This document shows, in pieces, positions 8,606 to 18,718 of a DNA stretch of 48,192 nucleotides. This stretch comes from Candidatus Sulfotelmatobacter sp. (GTDB lineage Bacteria > Acidobacteriota > Terriglobia > Terriglobales > Acidobacteriaceae). Below the pieces are notes generated by a model that did no database searches, was not told the DNA's origin, and was given only the letters and a program-made list of their open reading frames with translations. Each line of letters starts with the position of its first letter. Positions within the stretch are counted from its first letter, which is position 1. The stretch lies in contig JAICJP010000001.1 of the NCBI GenBank assembly GCA_025928375.1, forward strand, positions 1 to 48,192. Direction: 5' to 3'. The position numbers were made by a program, and so were the translations under genes.

Positions 8606-10342
8606 TTGTACTGGCGAATATCGGTCTGGACTCGGGCGCTGCTCGGAGTTTTTTTCATGCTGGTGTTGAGTGCTGCGGCGGCGAGCGCGACCAGTTACAC
8701 GCTCACCGTCACCGTGAATGGCACCGGCACGGGAACCGTCACGAGCAACCCTGCCGGGATCAATTGCAAGCCCACCTGCTCGGCAGCCTTCGCGTCCGGG
8801 ACTCAACTGACGCTCACGGCGAAGCCCGCCACTGGATCGTACTTGGTGGGATGGAGCGGGGCCTGCAAGGGAACGAGTCTCACTTGCACGGTTACGTCGA
8901 ATACCAACGTGTCGGTGACCTTAACCTTCAACGTGAACCAGACGGTAAAAGTTCTGAATCACATCGTTTTCATGGCGCAGGAAAATCGCGGGCTGGATCA
9001 CTACTGGGGCGCATTGCGGGAATACTGGCGGCAAAATAAATTCACCGATATTTCCTACGATGGATTGCCGCAGTTCAATCCCACCTCGGGTGCTGCCCCA
9101 CTGTACGGGCCGCCCCCAACCAACCCGGGGTGCGATCCGAACTACCCACCACCGAACGATTGCAAGCTGGATAGCAACAGTCCGAAGATAGCCTCCTACA
9201 ACCTGGTCACGCAGTGCATCGAAAACCCCAGCCCGTCGTGGAACGAGAGCCACGTACAGTGGAACTACTCGAATCCGATTTCCAGCACGCCTACGTTGGA
9301 TGGATACGTGTATACATCCGCTCACGATGGGCGAAATAATGTCCCGCCCTACAACGACACCAAAGGCATTCGCAGCATGGGTTATTACGACGGGACCGCG
9401 CTGAATTACTACTACTATATGGCGTCACGGTTCTCGACCTCCGACCGCTGGTTCGCGCCTGTCATGTCCCGAACGCAGCCCAACCGCCACTACATGATGG
9501 CCGCGACTTCTCAGGGGTATGCGTATCCCATCGGGACCAACAGCAGGGACCAGTCGCTTCTGACCGCCAAAACCATTTTTCAGGAGTTACAGGCTGCGGG
9601 AATCAGCTGGAAGATTTACGTGAATCCGAAGAATACCCCGTGCGCTTCGAATCCCACTGCGCAGTGCCTACTGGCCCATAGCTACATACAGGATTTTCAA
9701 TGGGGACACACCATTCCGACCAACTATCCCAGCCATCTGGTTCCCATCGCGCAGTACTTCACGGATGTGCAGAACGGGACTTTGCCGCAGGTCGCAATGA
9801 TTGAACCGGCGTCGCCAGCCGGGCTCGACGAGCATGGATCGGATTCGGATCAGTATCCCATCGATATTCAGCTCGGAGCGCAGTACACAGCCTCGCTCAT
9901 CAACGCGCTGATGAAAAGCAAATCGTGGAAGGATTCCGCATTCATCCTCACCTACGACGAGGCTGGCGGACTCTACGACCACGTCCCGGCGCACACGGCA
10001 GTCAGCCCAGATGGCATCAAGCCCGTGGATTTACAACCCGGCGATATATGCACGACCACGACCGGCCCCAATTGCGATTTCACATACACCGGTTACCGCG
10101 TGCCTCTGCTGGTGGTTTCCCCCTATGCCAGGAAGCACTACGTCAACCACACCGCATCGGATTACACGGCCATCCTGAAGCTGATTGAAACCAGATTCGG
10201 ACTGCCGGCGCTTACTAAGCGCGATGCGGCCCAGCAGAATATGACCGGTTTCTTCAACTTCAACTTCCCCCCGTGGACAACGCCGCCCACTCCTCCGGCG
10301 CAGTACACCGGCGGGTCTTGTTATTTGAATCAGTTGCCTTGA
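8606..10342 (+). CDS. Phosphoesterase-family protein (phospholipase C / acid phosphatase AcpA-like) with N-terminal InlB B-repeat-like beta domain
   Basis: AGGAGG (8596-8601) precedes TTG 8606. There is a signal peptide, a YTLTVTVNGTGTGTVTSNPAGINC...GWSGAC domain, and the phosphoesterase motif VFMAQENRGLDHYWG. Confidence 0.8.
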   Translation: MYWRISVWTRALLGVFFMLVLSAAAASATSYTLTVTVNGTGTGTVTSNPAGINCKPTCSAAFASGTQLTLTAKPATGSYLVGWSGACKGTSLTCTVTSNTNVSVTLTFNVNQTVKVLNHIVFMAQENRGLDHYWGALREYWRQNKFTDISYDGLPQFNPTSGAAPLYGPPPTNPGCDPNYPPPNDCKLDSNSPKIASYNLVTQCIENPSPSWNESHVQWNYSNPISSTPTLDGYVYTSAHDGRNNVPPYNDTKGIRSMGYYDGTALNYYYYMASRFSTSDRWFAPVMSRTQPNRHYMMAATSQGYAYPIGTNSRDQSLLTAKTIFQELQAAGISWKIYVNPKNTPCASNPTAQCLLAHSYIQDFQWGHTIPTNYPSHLVPIAQYFTDVQNGTLPQVAMIEPASPAGLDEHGSDSDQYPIDIQLGAQYTASLINALMKSKSWKDSAFILTYDEAGGLYDHVPAHTAVSPDGIKPVDLQPGDICTTTTGPNCDFTYTGYRVPLLVVSPYARKHYVNHTASDYTAILKLIETRFGLPALTKRDAAQQNMTGFFNFNFPPWTTPPTPPAQYTGGSCYLNQLP

Positions 10343-10719
10343 GGGGTCTCACGGGGAGGCGAACTTTCGATCTGGGACAGAGCAGTGGATAAGGCATCCA
10401 GTGCCAACTGGGCAGCATGCGTGGAGGCTGGCGGCAGGCCGCCCAGGGCTGCAATGATATCGTCGCGTTTCAACCGGTGCACTTCCGGGGCAGGCTTGCC
10501 CCGGGCCAATTCGGTTAGGGCCGATCCGCAGGCGATCGCTGGAACGCATCCTTTGGCTTTGAACCGGATTTCCTCGATTCGATCGGCACGCACTTTGAGC
10601 GTCAGGCGAATTACGTCACCGCACGCCGGATTCTGAATTTCCGCCACAGCATCTGCATCCGGCAGTTCGCCCACATTGCGCGGGTTCTGAAAGTGATCGA
10701 GCAACCGGGCGGAGTACAT
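10330..10719 (-). CDS. IscU/NifU N-terminal-domain-like Fe-S scaffold homolog
   Basis: YSARLLDHFQNPRNVG, NPACGDV and KAKGCVPAIA are present. The third scaffold Cys position reads THAAQLA. Confidence 0.8.
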   Translation of the reverse strand: MYSARLLDHFQNPRNVGELPDADAVAEIQNPACGDVIRLTLKVRADRIEEIRFKAKGCVPAIACGSALTELARGKPAPEVHRLKRDDIIAALGGLPPASTHAAQLALDALSTALSQIESSPPRETPQGN

Positions 10720-10754
10720 GGATTAATTTTAACGGCATCGAGCCCGACGCGAAC

Positions 10755-11486
10755 TTACCTGCCCCTGGTTCCGTCCGGGAAATAAATCGCCCATCCCCGG
10801 TCACGCGCAATCGCTTCGAGATCCGGATTTGGATTGACGGCGAAGGCGTGCTTCGCGATCATCAGCATCTCGGCATCCCAGCGCGAATTGCCGAAGGCCG
10901 CATCAATTTCCTTGTTCAATGCTTCACGCAGCGCCTTCGGTTTGCCGGGCCCGGAAGGGACCCGCACAAGGCGTTCGCCCACGAGTTCGCCGTTCATCTG
11001 GGCTTTGGCTGCCAGGATCCGATCCGCACCGATTCCAAACTGCTCCAAGCCAGCGCGAATGATCCACTCGTTCGAAGACGAGACCGCCCAGACTTCGCAG
11101 CCTTGTTTCTGCAGCCGTCGAACCAAGTCCATCATTTCAGGGAAAATCCGGCCCGGGAATGCGGAAGTCATGAACTCGCGCGCCGCTGTCATCATGGCCG
11201 CCTCGGTGAGGCCTTTGTGCATGGAGACCATCTCTCCACACATGTCCTCTTCGGTGACTTTGCCTGCCTTGTACTCGGCATAACGGTCGCGCATCGCCCG
11301 GGCGACCTCTGGGGATACGACGCCTTTTTCGATCTCCCAAGCGAAGAAGTTCTCACCCGCGTCTCCCGACCACAGGGTGCCGTCGCAATCAAACGCGGCA
11401 ACGCGAGGCCGGAGCGCCAGGACGGACTGCAGGAAATTTTCGGTTGTAAGCGGCAGGGATTGAGCGGTGTTCATTGCATTCGACAA
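10755..11486 (-). CDS. HAD-IB family hydrolase (phosphoserine-phosphatase-like)
   Basis: Motif I is FDCDGTLWSGD. Also present: VWAVSSSNEW and a C-terminal GNSRWDAEML (motif IV-like). Confidence 0.8.
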   Translation of the reverse strand: MSNAMNTAQSLPLTTENFLQSVLALRPRVAAFDCDGTLWSGDAGENFFAWEIEKGVVSPEVARAMRDRYAEYKAGKVTEEDMCGEMVSMHKGLTEAAMMTAAREFMTSAFPGRIFPEMMDLVRRLQKQGCEVWAVSSSNEWIIRAGLEQFGIGADRILAAKAQMNGELVGERLVRVPSGPGKPKALREALNKEIDAAFGNSRWDAEMLMIAKHAFAVNPNPDLEAIARDRGWAIYFPDGTRGR

Positions 11487-11534
11487 TAACTTGTCCGCGT
11501 CTAAATGCGCAATTGGCCGGGAGTCGCTGCGGAA

Positions 11535-12194
11535 TCAGGGTTGCGCGAGTAAGGCTGCGTAGTCTTCGGGAGTATTAATGTTGAGGGCGACAAAAGGATC
11601 GCTCAGCGGGAGATATTGAATGTGATCCAGGCAGCGATGCTCGACGTCACGCGCATTCCCGCTGGTGGGTTCGCGCAGAAAGCGCTCGATCATCTCTCGC
11701 CCCGCCACATAAGGATGTCCATGCTTCTGAGCGTACTCGGGCACGACTGCCCAGATCTTCTGCTCCGCTGCTTCGAAGGCTTCGCGCAGCGTTTGAACCG
11801 TAGCCATGGCCGCTGGCGGACGGTCGACCAAGGTAATAATCGCGGCATCACGTCCTCGGTTTAGCACTTCGCGCAGGCCCACTTGCAGGGAACTGAACTG
11901 CCCCCGGCTCGGATCGGGATTTACCACGATAAATGCGCCATTGGCGTACACGACCGGTGCCAGGCTCGCTTCATTGTTTCCCGCCACGATCACTACGAAA
12001 TCAGTTGCAGCCGACAAGGAGCGGATGGCGGACGAGAGAAATGTCCCCTCCGAAGCTGAACGCTCAGAAGCTGGAGGCCACGCAAGCAAGGCCTTGTCGC
12101 GGCCCATGCGCGAAGACTCACCGGCAGCGAGGATCACTCCAGCAAAGCTCGAGGCGCGCGACATGTTGGGGAACATAGCAGAAAGTGCGGGCAA
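11535..12194 (-). CDS. MobA/MocA-like nucleotidyltransferase (molybdenum cofactor cytidylyl/guanylyltransferase)
   Basis: GVILAAGESSRMGRDKALL motif. The gene lies immediately downstream of xdhC-like (2-nt gap). Confidence 0.75.
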   Translation of the reverse strand: MPALSAMFPNMSRASSFAGVILAAGESSRMGRDKALLAWPPASERSASEGTFLSSAIRSLSAATDFVVIVAGNNEASLAPVVYANGAFIVVNPDPSRGQFSSLQVGLREVLNRGRDAAIITLVDRPPAAMATVQTLREAFEAAEQKIWAVVPEYAQKHGHPYVAGREMIERFLREPTSGNARDVEHRCLDHIQYLPLSDPFVALNINTPEDYAALLAQP

Positions 12195-12196
12195 TG

Positions 12197-13075
12197 TCAG
12201 TGCTTGGAATCAGCCTTCGGTGGCTCTGTCGTCACAGAATTCTCACGCTCCGTATCAGCATCGTGCTGTTGTGCTTTGAACCAGCTCAGATAGGGCAGGG
12301 CAGACGTGGCGTGCCGGCGCAACGCGATCAATTCGGCGGTGATTGCAACCCCAATCTCCTCGGGGGTGACCGCGCCGATATCCAGCCCGATCGGGGCGTG
12401 AACTCGCTCAAACAGGTTTGCGGGGATGCCTTCGCCCTGCAGAGCTTTGGAAATCTCAATCACTTTTCTTTTCGATCCAATCATGCCCACATAACGAGCC
12501 CGGGTTTGTACGGCCCAGCGCAGAATGCGCATATCATCGCGGTGCCCGCGGGTGACGATTACCACGTAGGCAGACTCGCTGGGGTCGAACTTCTTCATTG
12601 CCTCGTCAAAATCGAGTGCGTGTACCTCATGAGCGCCAGGGAAGCGCTCCTGGGTGGCATAAGACGAGCGATCATCGACTACAATCACCTCAAATCCGGC
12701 GCCTGCCGCAGTCCTGCAAACGCTTAGAGCTACGTGGCCTGCCCCGAATAAGTAAAGTACTGCTGGAGGAAGAACCGGCTCCACGAATATCTCCAGAGTC
12801 CCGCCACAAATCAGCCCAGTGTCGTACCTGGGATCCTGATTCAAGTCGAACTTTAAGGTTCGGGGTTTCTCCGATTCCATGACTTCGCGGGCCGCCTGCC
12901 AGACGTCAGCCTCCACACAGCCGCCGCCGATCGTGCCGACAATAGAGCCGTCATCTCGTACCAGCATCTTCGCCGTTTTGAATGATGGGATCGAACCGCG
13001 AACATTCACGATGGTCGCGACCGCTCCACGACGTCCCTGGCGGCGCAGTTCTACGATCTGCTCGTAAATGTCCAT
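12197..13075 (-). CDS. XdhC/CoxI family molybdoenzyme maturation factor
   Basis: An N-terminal XdhC_CoxI segment (ATIVNVRGSIPS...GGCVE) is followed by a Rossmann-like C-terminal domain (LYLFGAGHVA). Confidence 0.8.
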   Translation of the reverse strand: MDIYEQIVELRRQGRRGAVATIVNVRGSIPSFKTAKMLVRDDGSIVGTIGGGCVEADVWQAAREVMESEKPRTLKFDLNQDPRYDTGLICGGTLEIFVEPVLPPAVLYLFGAGHVALSVCRTAAGAGFEVIVVDDRSSYATQERFPGAHEVHALDFDEAMKKFDPSESAYVVIVTRGHRDDMRILRWAVQTRARYVGMIGSKRKVIEISKALQGEGIPANLFERVHAPIGLDIGAVTPEEIGVAITAELIALRRHATSALPYLSWFKAQQHDADTERENSVTTEPPKADSKH

Positions 13076-13186
13076 GACTAGTCTTGATTATCAGTCGGTT
13101 AACAGACGGGAGTCAATCGGGAAGCGAAAAGCAACGCCGCCGATTCAGTGGCCATCTGTGGTACGGTCGCTGGGTAGGAGATCTCC

Positions 13187-14209
13187 ATGAAAGCCGTCCG
13201 CATCCACCAGTTTGGTGGCCCTGAAGTCCTGAAATACGAAGACGTCCCCGATCCGCAGCCCCGGAAAGACCACGTCGTGGTACGAGTCAAGGCATGCTCA
13301 CTCAATCATCTGGATTTGTGGGTGCGCAAGGGGCTGCCTGGCGTGAAACTGCCGCACATTCTGGGCAGCGATGTGGCGGGAGAGATCGTTGAGATCGGCG
13401 AATACGTTAGCGGCTTTACGACGGGGCAGCGCGTGCTGGTTGCCCCCATGCATTTCTGCGGATACTGTGCGAACTGCCTGGCGGGGAAGCAGAACCAGTG
13501 CCGCGAATTCACCGTCCTCGGCAACGCGGTGGATGGCGGCGACTGCGAACTGATTGCTGTCCCGGGGGCGAACATCATTCCATTCCCCGACTCGCTGGAT
13601 TTTAATCAGGCGGCCAGCGTGCCTCTGGTCTTCGTCACCGCGTGGCACATGCTCGTCGGACTGGCCAGTATCCGCCCGGGACAGGCGGTGCTGGTACTCG
13701 GCGGCAGCTCGGGGGTGGGTATCGCAGCCATTCAGATCGCCAAATTATTTCACTGCCGCGTGATCACCACTGCGGGAGACGAGAAGAAGCTGGAAAAGGC
13801 GCATGCCTTAGGTGCCGATTACGGCATCAACCACTACAAGCAAAAGATCTCTGAGGAAGTCCGAAAGATCACCAATAAAGCGGGGGTCGACATTGTGGTT
13901 GAGCACGTGGGCGTCTCCACCTGGGATGAGAGTATCCGGTCGCTAAAGACTGCGGGAACATTGGTCACGTGCGGTGCGACCACCGGGCCCGAAGTGAAGA
14001 TCGACTTACGGCACCTTTTCTCGCGTCAACTGCGGCTGCTCGGTTCGTATATGGGCACCATGGCGGAACTCAACCAAGTACTTGGACACGTTTTTGCCGG
14101 GAGGCTGAAACCGGTGCTGGACCGGGCTTTTCCCCTGAGAGAGATTCGTGCCGCGCACGAATATCTCGAAACGAGCCGGATGTTCGGAAAGGTTGTGGTC
14201 AACCCCTAG
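13187..14209 (+). CDS. Zinc-type alcohol dehydrogenase / quinone oxidoreductase (MDR superfamily)
   Basis: AGGAG precedes ATG 13187. GSDVAGEIVEIG, a structural-zinc Cys cluster CGYCANCLAGKQNQC, and GGSSGVG nucleotide-binding motif are present. Confidence 0.85.
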   Translation: MKAVRIHQFGGPEVLKYEDVPDPQPRKDHVVVRVKACSLNHLDLWVRKGLPGVKLPHILGSDVAGEIVEIGEYVSGFTTGQRVLVAPMHFCGYCANCLAGKQNQCREFTVLGNAVDGGDCELIAVPGANIIPFPDSLDFNQAASVPLVFVTAWHMLVGLASIRPGQAVLVLGGSSGVGIAAIQIAKLFHCRVITTAGDEKKLEKAHALGADYGINHYKQKISEEVRKITNKAGVDIVVEHVGVSTWDESIRSLKTAGTLVTCGATTGPEVKIDLRHLFSRQLRLLGSYMGTMAELNQVLGHVFAGRLKPVLDRAFPLREIRAAHEYLETSRMFGKVVVNP

Positions 14210-14283
14210 GCTTCACCATGGGGGGCACAGAGAACACAGGGGCTACATACCTCGTCTCAATCGTGGTTTAGAATAAAAACATC

Positions 14284-14844
14284 ATGGCTCGCGAACTGAA
14301 TTTTGGTCCTTATGTCGATGTTGAGGGTGGGAAGAAAGTCGTTCGAGACCTGACTTTCGGAAATCCGACCCCGGAAGGTGTGGTCCTGACCACGCTCGAT
14401 TCTGCGGTGAACTGGATGCGTAAGAGCTCGATCTGGCCGCTGACCTTCGGCCTGGCCTGCTGCGCCATCGAGATGATGTCGATGGGCGCATCGCGCTTTG
14501 ACATTGCGCGCTTCGGCGCCGAAGTGTTCCGGCCCTCCCCGCGGCAGAGCGACTTGATGATTATTGCCGGTCGCGTCTCCAACAAGATGGCGCCGGTAAT
14601 CCGCCAGCTCTGGGAACAGATGCCTGAACCCAAATGGGTGATGTCGATGGGCGCGTGCGCCACCTCGGGGGGTGTGTTCCAGAACTATGCCCTGGTACAG
14701 AGCGTGAATCAGGTTATCCCGGTTGACGTGTATGTTCCCGGGTGCCCTCCCCGTCCCGAGCAGCTGATCTATGCCATTACGCTGCTGCAGGAAAAAATCC
14801 AAAAGGAACGTGGCACCATCAAGAAAGCGCTCAACCTGACCTAA
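14284..14844 (+). CDS. nuoB: NADH-quinone oxidoreductase subunit B (NuoB / NQO6-like)
   Basis: [18 protein letters not shown] and PGCPPRPE supply the Fe-S cluster N2 cysteines. Confidence 0.9.
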   Translation: MARELNFGPYVDVEGGKKVVRDLTFGNPTPEGVVLTTLDSAVNWMRKSSIWPLTFGLACCAIEMMSMGASRFDIARFGAEVFRPSPRQSDLMIIAGRVSNKMAPVIRQLWEQMPEPKWVMSMGACATSGGVFQNYALVQSVNQVIPVDVYVPGCPPRPEQLIYAITLLQEKIQKERGTIKKALNLT

Positions 14845-15040
14845 AGTTGACGATGTAACTGATGCGCAAGCAGCGGTTCGGGTCGACCTGCAAGGCGGAG
14901 CACAAGCCCAAGAGAAAACAGGGCGATCCCTCCTCCTTTCTCGGCAACTCAGTATCGCACCGGGGCATCCTCGTAATTGTGTATCCTGTGCCGAGTTCCT
15001 GACACAGGAGCTATAATCGAGCCCAGTGGTGGGGTGGTGT

Positions 15041-16138
15041 ATGGGTCACCTTCGCAGTATTCTCTTTCCCGTTTCCTTCGTTACCGTAAGCTTGATCGTG
15101 GGGCAGGCTCAACAGGCTCCGGCACCCCAACCGGTTGCTGCATCGGTCCCGCCGCCTTCGGCAACTCTGCAAGCAAAAGCGCCACCCATCCCTGCCAATG
15201 CTCCGCACATGTCAAAGGAGACGCGTTACCAGATCATCCGCGATTTCGAAACGCAGCTGGTGTACTCGCGGACCGCATTTCCCATGGGGAATAAGGGATT
15301 GATTCTCCGTAACGGCACCACCACGCCCAACGGACAAGATCTGCAACAGTTAATAGCATTGTGGGGACCTTCGATTAAGCCCGGGGATCCGGCGCATATT
15401 TCGTACGTTCGCATCAAGGACAACCATATTCACTTCGACCTGAACGGCGGTCCGATTCATCGCAAGAAATGGTATCAGCGCGTCCAGATCTCAGGGGCAA
15501 ATGGCACCCCGGTCCCTCTTTCGAAGGATGAAGAGGTAAACAATCCGCACGGGAGCTATCTCGACATTTACTTCGACAAGTACGTTCCGGAGATGAGCGC
15601 CGCTCAATTGCGCGATCTGCTGCTGCCGGTACTCGACTTCAACGCCAGGAATAAAGAAGAGGCCTATCTGGACACTGTGCCTCCGAAGGTGAAAGAAGCT
15701 ATCCAGACCCACCACGTGCTAGTCGGCATGAATAGTGAGATGGTGATCCACGCCGTCGGCAAGCCGCCCAAAAAAGTACGGGAGCGGGACGGAGACACCG
15801 AGTATGAAGAGTGGATCTACGGCGAGCCTCCGCATGATGTCGATTTCGTGCGGTTAGTGGGCGATGAAGTAGTGCGCATCGAGACGATGAAAATTGGCGG
15901 CCAGAAGATTCTACGCACGGAGAAAGAAGTCGTCCTGAAGAAGCCCGACCAGGAGGAAGAGGCAAAGAGAGAACAAGAGCAGGTCCGGCCAGCGAATGCG
16001 CCCAGCCTCCGGCGCCCGGGGGAAGATGCTGAGGATGCTCCCAAGCCCGCGGACGGAATCGCCCCGCCTCCGCCACCCATAAACGTTCCCCAGCCGCAGG
16101 GAAGTCCCGGCCCGGGGGATAATGTGGGGCACCAATAA
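15041..16138 (+). CDS. Hypothetical secreted protein with Pro/Glu-rich C-terminus
   Basis: ATG 15041 (MGHLRSILFPVSFVTVSLIVGQAQQ) gives a signal-like N-terminus. The C-terminal tail is low-complexity. Confidence 0.6.
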   Translation: MGHLRSILFPVSFVTVSLIVGQAQQAPAPQPVAASVPPPSATLQAKAPPIPANAPHMSKETRYQIIRDFETQLVYSRTAFPMGNKGLILRNGTTTPNGQDLQQLIALWGPSIKPGDPAHISYVRIKDNHIHFDLNGGPIHRKKWYQRVQISGANGTPVPLSKDEEVNNPHGSYLDIYFDKYVPEMSAAQLRDLLLPVLDFNARNKEEAYLDTVPPKVKEAIQTHHVLVGMNSEMVIHAVGKPPKKVRERDGDTEYEEWIYGEPPHDVDFVRLVGDEVVRIETMKIGGQKILRTEKEVVLKKPDQEEEAKREQEQVRPANAPSLRRPGEDAEDAPKPADGIAPPPPPINVPQPQGSPGPGDNVGHQ

Positions 16139-16158
16139 GCTCGTAAGGTCCTGCGAAG

Positions 16159-17133
16159 CTATTTCTTGGCCTTCTCGTCCGGCGCGTCCGCGAACGAAAA
16201 AGCTAAGGAGACGTTGGCGTACTCTTTCCCGTCCGCTTCCACATAGGGGTACACAAAGTAGTTCAGCGGCTTGCTGTCTTGCGGCGGGTTCAGACGCAAA
16301 TCCCGTCCCATGCTGAATTGTACGCGGTTGGCGTCGTGCGAACCAAAGAAATAATCGCGCTTGTCTGGATGCTTCCAGGCTTCGGAAATGTCCACCGGAA
16401 TCCATCCTTTCCCGTCGACATAGAAATCGGACCAGCAGTGATAACCGGCAATCTCGCCGGAATGCTTGTCTTCAGGGAGTGGGAATCCGATCTCGAAGCG
16501 CGCCGGAATGCCCTGCGACCGTGCCATGGCGATGAATAGCGAATGAAAATCGGTGCAGTTGCCCTTCTTGGCGTCGCAGGCGTAGAGAACGTCCCCTCGG
16601 CCCCATCCCGTGCCGGTCTTCTCGTAACGCATGGTCGTGAAGACGTAATCGTAAATGGCCCGCGCTTTATCCAGCGGTGCAGTCTTACTCTGCGCGACTT
16701 CGGCCGCCAGAACGGCTGGCCTGCCCGTGATCGGGACCAGTTCGTCGGCCTGCAGATCTTGTTCACGCTCTCTCGGGGTAAGGGTGGTCCTTACGAGATG
16801 AGGGGACGGGTTCAAGGCCCTACGCTCATGACGGACGATGTCGTACTCAATATCGAAGTGAAGTTCGGGTTTCCGAGCGTTCCCCTCGGCAAAGTAGATT
16901 TCGTCTCCATACTTTGATTCTCGGGTGGTCTTCAAAGGCAGATCACCGTTTGTGGAAATGACTTTCACATCCTGAAAGGCATCGGACTGCGCGGCGGGGA
17001 TCCAAACGCGAACTTTCTTGCCCGCGGTACTGTTCACCGTGAATGCGTAGTGAAAGATAAAATGGCGTGACTCCTGCGCGCCAGCGCCAAGAGATACAGC
17101 CAGGAGGCAGAGGGAGAGAATGATCTTGCGCAT
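16159..17133 (-). CDS. Transglutaminase-like cysteine protease domain protein (secreted)
   Basis: Signal peptide MRKIILSLCLLAVSLGAGA. Transglutaminase core is GNCTDFHSLFIAMARSQGIPAR. Confidence 0.85.
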   Translation of the reverse strand: MRKIILSLCLLAVSLGAGAQESRHFIFHYAFTVNSTAGKKVRVWIPAAQSDAFQDVKVISTNGDLPLKTTRESKYGDEIYFAEGNARKPELHFDIEYDIVRHERRALNPSPHLVRTTLTPREREQDLQADELVPITGRPAVLAAEVAQSKTAPLDKARAIYDYVFTTMRYEKTGTGWGRGDVLYACDAKKGNCTDFHSLFIAMARSQGIPARFEIGFPLPEDKHSGEIAGYHCWSDFYVDGKGWIPVDISEAWKHPDKRDYFFGSHDANRVQFSMGRDLRLNPPQDSKPLNYFVYPYVEADGKEYANVSLAFSFADAPDEKAKK

Positions 17134-17204
17134 AATCGGCTTCCTTGTCTTGCGGCGAGGGACAATCCTTTGTGACGTCTGTGAATCTGCAGGCGATTGA
17201 CCGT

Positions 17205-17741
17205 CTACCGTTTATTGGCATTGCCGAGCACATCGGCGTCTTTTCCAGTGTGAGCCTTTACGGCTTCCAAAATGTGCAGGTAATCGTGCTTATCCATCCG
17301 GAGTACGTAGAATTTGCGAACATTCTGTGGGTCATCGTAGTCGATCTGCAACCAGTGACTTCTCCCTTTCGTCAGCATCATCAAAGCTCCGATGCCGAGT
17401 GGCGCGGTCGCCAGCGTGCCCTCGCTGACGCGATGGCGTCGGGTGTATTCGTAGGAGAATTTATAAATCCGGTTATAAGGGATCGTCAGCCCGGCAACTT
17501 TGGTAGGACGTATCTCGACAGCCTGCTTCTGATCACTGAACGTGAGCACCGCATTGACCGGCTTTCCCTTCGAATCGGGCACTTTCACCCGGGAGAACGA
17601 TTGATCCACCGCCATCAAATGGGGAATGATGCTGAGGATTACGAACAGGACTGGGATGACTCTTTTCACGGTCTTGAAAGTATATCGGACCGCCTCGGTC
17701 CGGCTGACGTATCCCAAGTGCCGTACCATAGAATCAAGCAT
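17205..17741 (-). CDS. Hypothetical membrane-anchored protein
   Basis: Single TM helix (VIPVLFVILSIIPHLMAV). An internal ATG (17741) is chosen to avoid 5' overlap with recO; the start is uncertain. Confidence 0.5.
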   Translation of the reverse strand: MLDSMVRHLGYVSRTEAVRYTFKTVKRVIPVLFVILSIIPHLMAVDQSFSRVKVPDSKGKPVNAVLTFSDQKQAVEIRPTKVAGLTIPYNRIYKFSYEYTRRHRVSEGTLATAPLGIGALMMLTKGRSHWLQIDYDDPQNVRKFYVLRMDKHDYLHILEAVKAHTGKDADVLGNANKR

Positions 17742-17757
17742 TCTTTCCTGAACCCCC

Positions 17758-18501
17758 ATGGCCCTTCGAGAGTCAGAAGCGATTGTGCTGCGCACCTATT
17801 CTCTGCGCGAGGCTGACCTTCTAGTGACTCTGTTTACCCGCTTGGAAGGCAAAGTTCACGGCGTAGCGCGCTCGGCGAAGAAGTCCAGGCGGCGTTTCGG
17901 AGGGGCGCTCGAGCCGCTTACCTACGTACGCGCGTTCTACGATGTTCGCGAACGTCAGGAACTGGCGCGGCTGGATTCCTGCGATGTTCTGGAGTCGCCG
18001 CTGGCCTCAGAAGTGAGTTATCCGCGCGCGCTGGCGCTGGGACACATCGCGGAACTCTTGGACGAATTGCTCCCCGATCACGAGGCGAACGATGCCATTT
18101 TCCGCCTTACTCTTTCGGTGCTCCATGCCTTGCCCGGCCCGGAGATCTGGATGCCCCTTACATATTTCGAATTGTGGATGACGCGGCTCGTGGGATTTCT
18201 GCCCGAGTTAAATGAATGCGTCGTATGCGGCCGCAATCTGAATGGATCGCGCGCTTACTTCCATGCCCTCGCGGATGGGCTGATGTGCGCCGACGACAAG
18301 CGCTTAGCCTCTTCGGAGCTTTCTTCGGAATCCCGCGTTTTGGCCGGGCAGATGTTTCGAGCGCCTGTGGACGCCCTGCTGGGAGACCCCTGGCCCAAGG
18401 CCCAGGGAGCTGACTTGCGAAGATTCGCCATTCAGATCCTGCAGCGCCATATCGAGAAGAAGCTAGTGACCGCCAGCATGCTGCAGAAGAGCGACTTCTG
18501 A
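17758..18501 (+). CDS. recO: DNA repair protein RecO
   Basis: The N-terminal OB-fold segment EAIVLRTYSLREADLLVTLFT..GKV.GVARSA is present, with a CxxC zinc motif (CVVCGR). Confidence 0.85.
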   Translation: MALRESEAIVLRTYSLREADLLVTLFTRLEGKVHGVARSAKKSRRRFGGALEPLTYVRAFYDVRERQELARLDSCDVLESPLASEVSYPRALALGHIAELLDELLPDHEANDAIFRLTLSVLHALPGPEIWMPLTYFELWMTRLVGFLPELNECVVCGRNLNGSRAYFHALADGLMCADDKRLASSELSSESRVLAGQMFRAPVDALLGDPWPKAQGADLRRFAIQILQRHIEKKLVTASMLQKSDF

Positions 18502-18718
18502 GCTCCAGGTTGCCGCACCTTGCATTACTCAAGCCGCAACCGTGGCGGCGAACCCACTGCGTCAACGAATCCGGGTCACGGGCTGACGTATGCCGTCCCC
18601 TTCAATTACAATCAGAAGTTAATCTGCTGGGGTTTCCCGCAACAGAGAGTTCCAGCACTAGCTTCTTTCTCTATCCAACAATATCGTTTGGCTAGAAGGC
18701 GGGAGTTGGCAGCCGTTC

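Noticed and set aside
18502-18718. 217-nt leader before glyQ, considered as a T-box or other riboswitch. It includes the hairpin GGTTGCCGC...GCCGCAACC right after the recO stop.
   Set aside because: No T-box sequence, specifier-loop architecture or terminator/antiterminator pair is recognisable. The hairpin is more simply a recO 3' structure.
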